Of a DNA stretch of 52,043 nucleotides, positions 48,267 to 52,043 are shown one piece after another (the stretch's first letter is position 1; each line of letters begins with the position of its first letter). The DNA is from Bifidobacterium breve (GTDB lineage Bacteria; Actinomycetota; Actinomycetes; S36-B12): NCBI GenBank assembly GCA_945861775.1, contig CAMAVT010000002.1:1-52043 (forward strand), written 5' to 3'. The position numbers were made by a program, and so were the translations under genes. A model generated the notes under the pieces. It was not told the origin of the DNA, made no database searches, and saw only the letters and a list, made by a program, of their open reading frames with translations.

Positions 48267-49466
48267 GTGAATACGGTTGACTGGATTTTGTTGGGAGCCC
48301 TGGCCGTATTTGCTTGGGCCGGTTGGCGCCAGGGATTTGTGGCTGGCGTATTGAGTTTTGCGGGATTCATTGGCGGCGGTATCGCAGCCTTACTGTGGTT
48401 GCCAAATCTGATTAAGTCATTTGTAACTGATCAAAGTTTCTCGGTCATCATTTTGGGGGTAGCGGTCTTCACGAGTGCCATTCTTGGGCAAGTGTTGTTT
48501 TCTATTGTTGGTCGACGGCTACGGGCAAGCCTCACATGGCGACCGGTGAAATTTGTTGACTCTTTCGCTGGATCAGCACTCAATGTTTTGGCCTTTGCTT
48601 TAGTTGGTTGGGTTATTGCCAGTGTTCTGGTATTTCTGCCCAGTAATTCAATAGCGGGCCAAATTGGCCAATCCCAAGTTCTGTCGACCCTTGACGCGAT
48701 TGTTCCTAATCAGGCCCGTACTTTGTTCAAAAACGTTAGCAATCTCGTCGGACAAAAAGGAATACCGAGAATCGTTACCGGATTTGGTCAGGAACCGTCC
48801 ACTGAAGTTGCGGAGCCGCAAGCAGGAATTTCCCAAAGTGTTTTTCCGGTCGTTGAAACTTTCACGGTTCGCCTAACCGGTGATGCGCAGGAATGTAATC
48901 AGAGGGTTTCGGGTTCTGGCTTCTACTTTGCACCCGGTCGACTTCTCACTAATGCACACGTAGTCGCAGGCGTACAAGATATGCAAATTCGCCTTCCCGG
49001 CTTGGAGAGTTCGGTGCCCGGTCAGGTGATCTACTTTGATCCAGAAAAAGATGTCGCCGTGATCGCAACGCGAGAACTTGACACTCGAGTCTCCCTCTTT
49101 GCACGGGGACGGGCGAAAATTGGTGACAATGCCGCGGTGGCGGGGTATCCCGGTGGTGGAGATCTCACGGTCACACCAGCCCGCGTTAGCGGGATTTTGA
49201 GTGCCCGTGGTGAGGACATCTATGGTGACAGCGGAGTGCAGCGGAAGGTCTATTCACTCAGATCCAATGTAATTCCGGGAAATAGTGGCGGCCCATTGGT
49301 GAATAGCGATGGCCAAGTCCTTGGACTGGTATTCGGTTCCAACATTGACTCCGATGTCGGTTACGCGTTAACCAATAGTGAATTACAGGATGCTATTGAT
49401 TTTTCAAACGACTGGGAAAAAACTGATGGTGTAGCAGAAACGGGAAGCTGCCAAATAAGGGAGTAA
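48267..49466 (+). CDS. marP: MarP-family membrane serine protease (CvpA domain plus trypsin-like domain)
   Basis: N-terminal TM region (CvpA-like). Protease motifs LTNAHVV, DVAV and GNSGGPL. Confidence 0.88.
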   Translation: MNTVDWILLGALAVFAWAGWRQGFVAGVLSFAGFIGGGIAALLWLPNLIKSFVTDQSFSVIILGVAVFTSAILGQVLFSIVGRRLRASLTWRPVKFVDSFAGSALNVLAFALVGWVIASVLVFLPSNSIAGQIGQSQVLSTLDAIVPNQARTLFKNVSNLVGQKGIPRIVTGFGQEPSTEVAEPQAGISQSVFPVVETFTVRLTGDAQECNQRVSGSGFYFAPGRLLTNAHVVAGVQDMQIRLPGLESSVPGQVIYFDPEKDVAVIATRELDTRVSLFARGRAKIGDNAAVAGYPGGGDLTVTPARVSGILSARGEDIYGDSGVQRKVYSLRSNVIPGNSGGPLVNSDGQVLGLVFGSNIDSDVGYALTNSELQDAIDFSNDWEKTDGVAETGSCQIRE

Positions 49467-49494
49467 TTGCTCAACCCGGGAGTGACTTCAGGTT

Positions 49495-50721
49495 TTAGGC
49501 TTGATCGAGAGTGCGCATTGCTTTCGTACATAGCGTAAGGATGCTCCCCACCGCCACCAAAAGAGCCAGAACCGGGTACACGACTTCAACTCCAGCACCG
49601 TCAATTGCAAATCCGGTAATGAGCATCGCAACCGGGGGAAATGCATAGAACAGTGAAAGTTGAATGGAGAAAACTCGTCCCTGCAAGTCGGCCGGCACCC
49701 TACTTTGGACGAGCGAGTTGATCAACGGATTCATTGGTCCCCAGGCCAACCCCAGTAAGAATCCGAATCCAGCCAAAATAGGCAATGGGGGGAGAAATGA
49801 CATGGGAATGAGCGCAATAATTGTGGCGATCAATACGAACCGCGCGATTGCTTTATAGGTTAATCGCTTTGCGAGAAAACCAAATGAGAAGGCTCCGAGT
49901 ACCCCGCCCGCGGCCATTGCCGAGATGACAATCCCCAGTCCCAAAGCGTTCTCTGTCGATTCGAAATACACCGGTAAAACCAAACTCTCGGTTGGCAAGT
50001 AAACACCGGCCAGAAAAATCATTGCGATTGTGATTGTCCGCAGGTATCGATCACGCCACAGGACAGTGAATCCTTCGGTTGCTTCACGCCAGAAACCCGG
50101 TTGCGCCTCCGTCCGTTCTGCTCTGGCGTCTTGTCCCGCGTCACCTACACGTAGTGCCACGATGCATAGGCCAGCAAAAACAAAGAGTGCCCCAGGAATC
50201 CAAAAAGAATTTACCGGTCCGAAGACGGCAATGGACAGTGCGCCGATCAGTGGACCGATTGTCCATCCCAGGGCGAAAAGTCCTTCGTGTATTCCATTTA
50301 GGGAATCCCGGTCCACATGGGAGGCTGCAGCTGAATCGGGAATTATTGATTTTCGTGCCGTGTAGCCGGCGGGGTCAATCGTTGCTCCCAGTACGGCAAG
50401 GACAAGGATGAGGGCGAAGCTGAGGTCTGTAAAAAAAGCAAGTATCGGAAATGCGATCACGCTCACCGCAGAGGCAAGATCAGCGATCACGCTGACAAGT
50501 CGCCTACCAAATCGGTCAACCGCGTAACCAACAAGTGGCGTTACGACCAGCGCGGGTAGTGCTGAGAGAGCCGCGACGATTCCGGCAGCAGAGGCCAATC
50601 CGGTATTGCTCAGCACCAGCCAAGGAATCGTGACCATAACAATGCCATTCCCCATTGAAGAGGCGACATTTGAGCTTTGTAAAAGAACAACCGGACGTGA
50701 CAGGTAACTGCGTGACATCAA
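49495..50721 (-). CDS. MFS transporter
   Basis: 12 hydrophobic segments and the loop motif AVDRFGRR. Confidence 0.8.
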   Translation of the reverse strand: MMSRSYLSRPVVLLQSSNVASSMGNGIVMVTIPWLVLSNTGLASAAGIVAALSALPALVVTPLVGYAVDRFGRRLVSVIADLASAVSVIAFPILAFFTDLSFALILVLAVLGATIDPAGYTARKSIIPDSAAASHVDRDSLNGIHEGLFALGWTIGPLIGALSIAVFGPVNSFWIPGALFVFAGLCIVALRVGDAGQDARAERTEAQPGFWREATEGFTVLWRDRYLRTITIAMIFLAGVYLPTESLVLPVYFESTENALGLGIVISAMAAGGVLGAFSFGFLAKRLTYKAIARFVLIATIIALIPMSFLPPLPILAGFGFLLGLAWGPMNPLINSLVQSRVPADLQGRVFSIQLSLFYAFPPVAMLITGFAIDGAGVEVVYPVLALLVAVGSILTLCTKAMRTLDQA

Positions 50722-52043
50722 CTAAATTTCACCGGCCTCGAGACCATTAAGAACAAGCAGTGCACGCTCACGAATCGCCGGGAGGTCTTCGCGTGCGGCT
50801 GCCGCAGCGACCGGTCGCGACATTCGGTGATTACTAGCGAATTGATTCGCGTTGCGGTCCAAATAGTCCCAGTACAGGGTGGTGAAAGGGCATGCATCGT
50901 CGCCGGTCCGTTTTTTGGGGTCAAATCGGCAACCACCGCAGTAGTTGCTCATCCGGGAAATGTAGGCACCGCCCGCGATGTAGGGCTTTGTCATCATGGC
51001 GCCTCCGTCAGCGTGCATGCCCATCCCGATCACGTTGGGAACCATCACCCAATCCGCCGCATCAATGAAATGGGTGCGCATCCAGTTGAGAAGTTCCTGC
51101 GGTTTCACGTCAGCAAGTTGAGCCAAATTACTCATCAGCATTAATCGCGGAATGTGATGCACCCATGCGCGCTCGTGAACGTCGGTGATCACTGAACTCA
51201 TGCAATTCATTTTCGTGGCTTGCGGATCCATAAACAATGGTAAAAGTTTTCGGTCACTGTTAAGCGTATTTTCATTTCTATATGTTTCAGGGAAGTGCCA
51301 ATAGATTCGATTGATGTACTCGCGCCAGCCAATAATCTGTCGAATGAAGCCCTCAATTGATGAAAGCGGGATGCCCCCTTGCTCGTACTTGCGTAAAGCT
51401 GCTTCAAGCACTTCATTTACATTCAATAATCCAATGTTGAGATACGGACTTAACACGGAGTGATTCACGGTCCATGAATCCGTGGGCATGGCGTCTTCAT
51501 ATGGCCCAAAGCCAGCAAGTGCATTCTCGGTGAAGTGTTCAAGTTGTTGGAGTGCACCTGAGCGAGTGGTGGCCCATGTTCCGTTTGGGGGTTGACCCCA
51601 AGTCTCGAACTCACCGAGTCGATCAATTACACCTTGATCGATCGCATCAGGTGCGAAGTACAGGGGCTGTGGCCACGAGTGCGGTGCTTGACCCTTTTTG
51701 GCGCGTGGTGGGGGAAGGCGATTGTCTTCATCAAAATTCCATTGGCCACCGACGGGCTCATTTCCATCCATCAATATGTTCAATCTTTTGCGCTGCCAGC
51801 GGTAAAAATATTCCATGGTTAAGGACTTGTAGCCACTTGCCCATTGTGAAAATTGTTCCGACGTTGTCAAAAAGTTGTCATTGGGAAAGAGGTCAATATT
51901 GAGTGAGGTGAGTACTTCAGTCTGCGGTCGCGAACTTGGAGTTGTTGAAACAATCGGAACATCGGGGTAAGTCAGTCGCAGCGAGTTGACACCCTCACGC
52001 ATGGTTGCCGCATTAATCGAGCGGACCGTGAACCCACTAGCTT
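50722..52043 (-). CDS. Cryptochrome/photolyase-family protein of the Fe-S (FeS-BCP / PhrB-like) type, N-terminus runs off the window end
   Basis: The C-terminal Cys pattern YCGGCRFDPKKRTGDDACPFTTLYW matches the four-Cys cluster region of FeS-BCPs. The frame stays open from 52002 to the window edge. Confidence 0.75.
   Translation of the reverse strand, partial: ASGFTVRSINAATMREGVNSLRLTYPDVPIVSTTPSSRPQTEVLTSLNIDLFPNDNFLTTSEQFSQWASGYKSLTMEYFYRWQRKRLNILMDGNEPVGGQWNFDEDNRLPPPRAKKGQAPHSWPQPLYFAPDAIDQGVIDRLGEFETWGQPPNGTWATTRSGALQQLEHFTENALAGFGPYEDAMPTDSWTVNHSVLSPYLNIGLLNVNEVLEAALRKYEQGGIPLSSIEGFIRQIIGWREYINRIYWHFPETYRNENTLNSDRKLLPLFMDPQATKMNCMSSVITDVHERAWVHHIPRLMLMSNLAQLADVKPQELLNWMRTHFIDAADWVMVPNVIGMGMHADGGAMMTKPYIAGGAYISRMSNYCGGCRFDPKKRTGDDACPFTTLYWDYLDRNANQFASNHRMSRPVAAAAAREDLPAIRERALLVLNGLEAGEI

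Overview
Chromosomal window from a moderate-GC actinobacterium. The block PBP1A, whiB, two ArsA-like ATPases, DUF4177, RidA, NUDIX, MBL, crp, nth, TlpA, NUDIX, marP follows the order I recall for M. tuberculosis Rv3682 to Rv3671c. About 80% is ordinary core metabolism and replication: rbsK/rpiB, ABC-F, ndh, upp, tadA, dnaX-recR, lysC-asd and ponA. RNA genes are four tRNAs (Lys-UUU, Ser-CGA, Ser-GGA, Pro-CGG) and an SRP RNA missed by the ORF track. The main finding lies in a compositionally mosaic accessory region (about 2858-10002) centred on tRNA-Lys. It holds a tandem array of five small genes (3128-5102). Each encodes a nearly identical leader of about 78 aa resembling the nitrile-hydratase-type leader peptide (NHLP) family. 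Each leader ends in Gly-Gly and is followed by a completely different 8-10 aa tail, which is the layout of a RiPP precursor library. No recognisable maturase or leader-peptidase exporter is present in the window. Short direct repeats flank the array, and a near-exact copy of the tRNA-Lys upstream leader lies at its distal end. This suggests integrase-less cassettes stacked at the 5' side of tRNA-Lys. A degenerate copy of the tRNA-Lys 3' half, 1.7 kb downstream, bounds a further islet. A second hot spot lies 3' of tRNA-Ser(GGA). There, two AT-rich one-gene cassettes encode paralogous secreted LytM/M23-like proteins, and each ends in a repeat carrying a tRNA-Ser 3' fragment. Other points are a Tat-signal lipoprotein with a GcvH (lipoyl carrier) domain, a HigBA pair inserted into the conserved block, and a decayed RHH toxin-antitoxin remnant. 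All calls rest on reading the sequence and on motif recognition; no database search was run.
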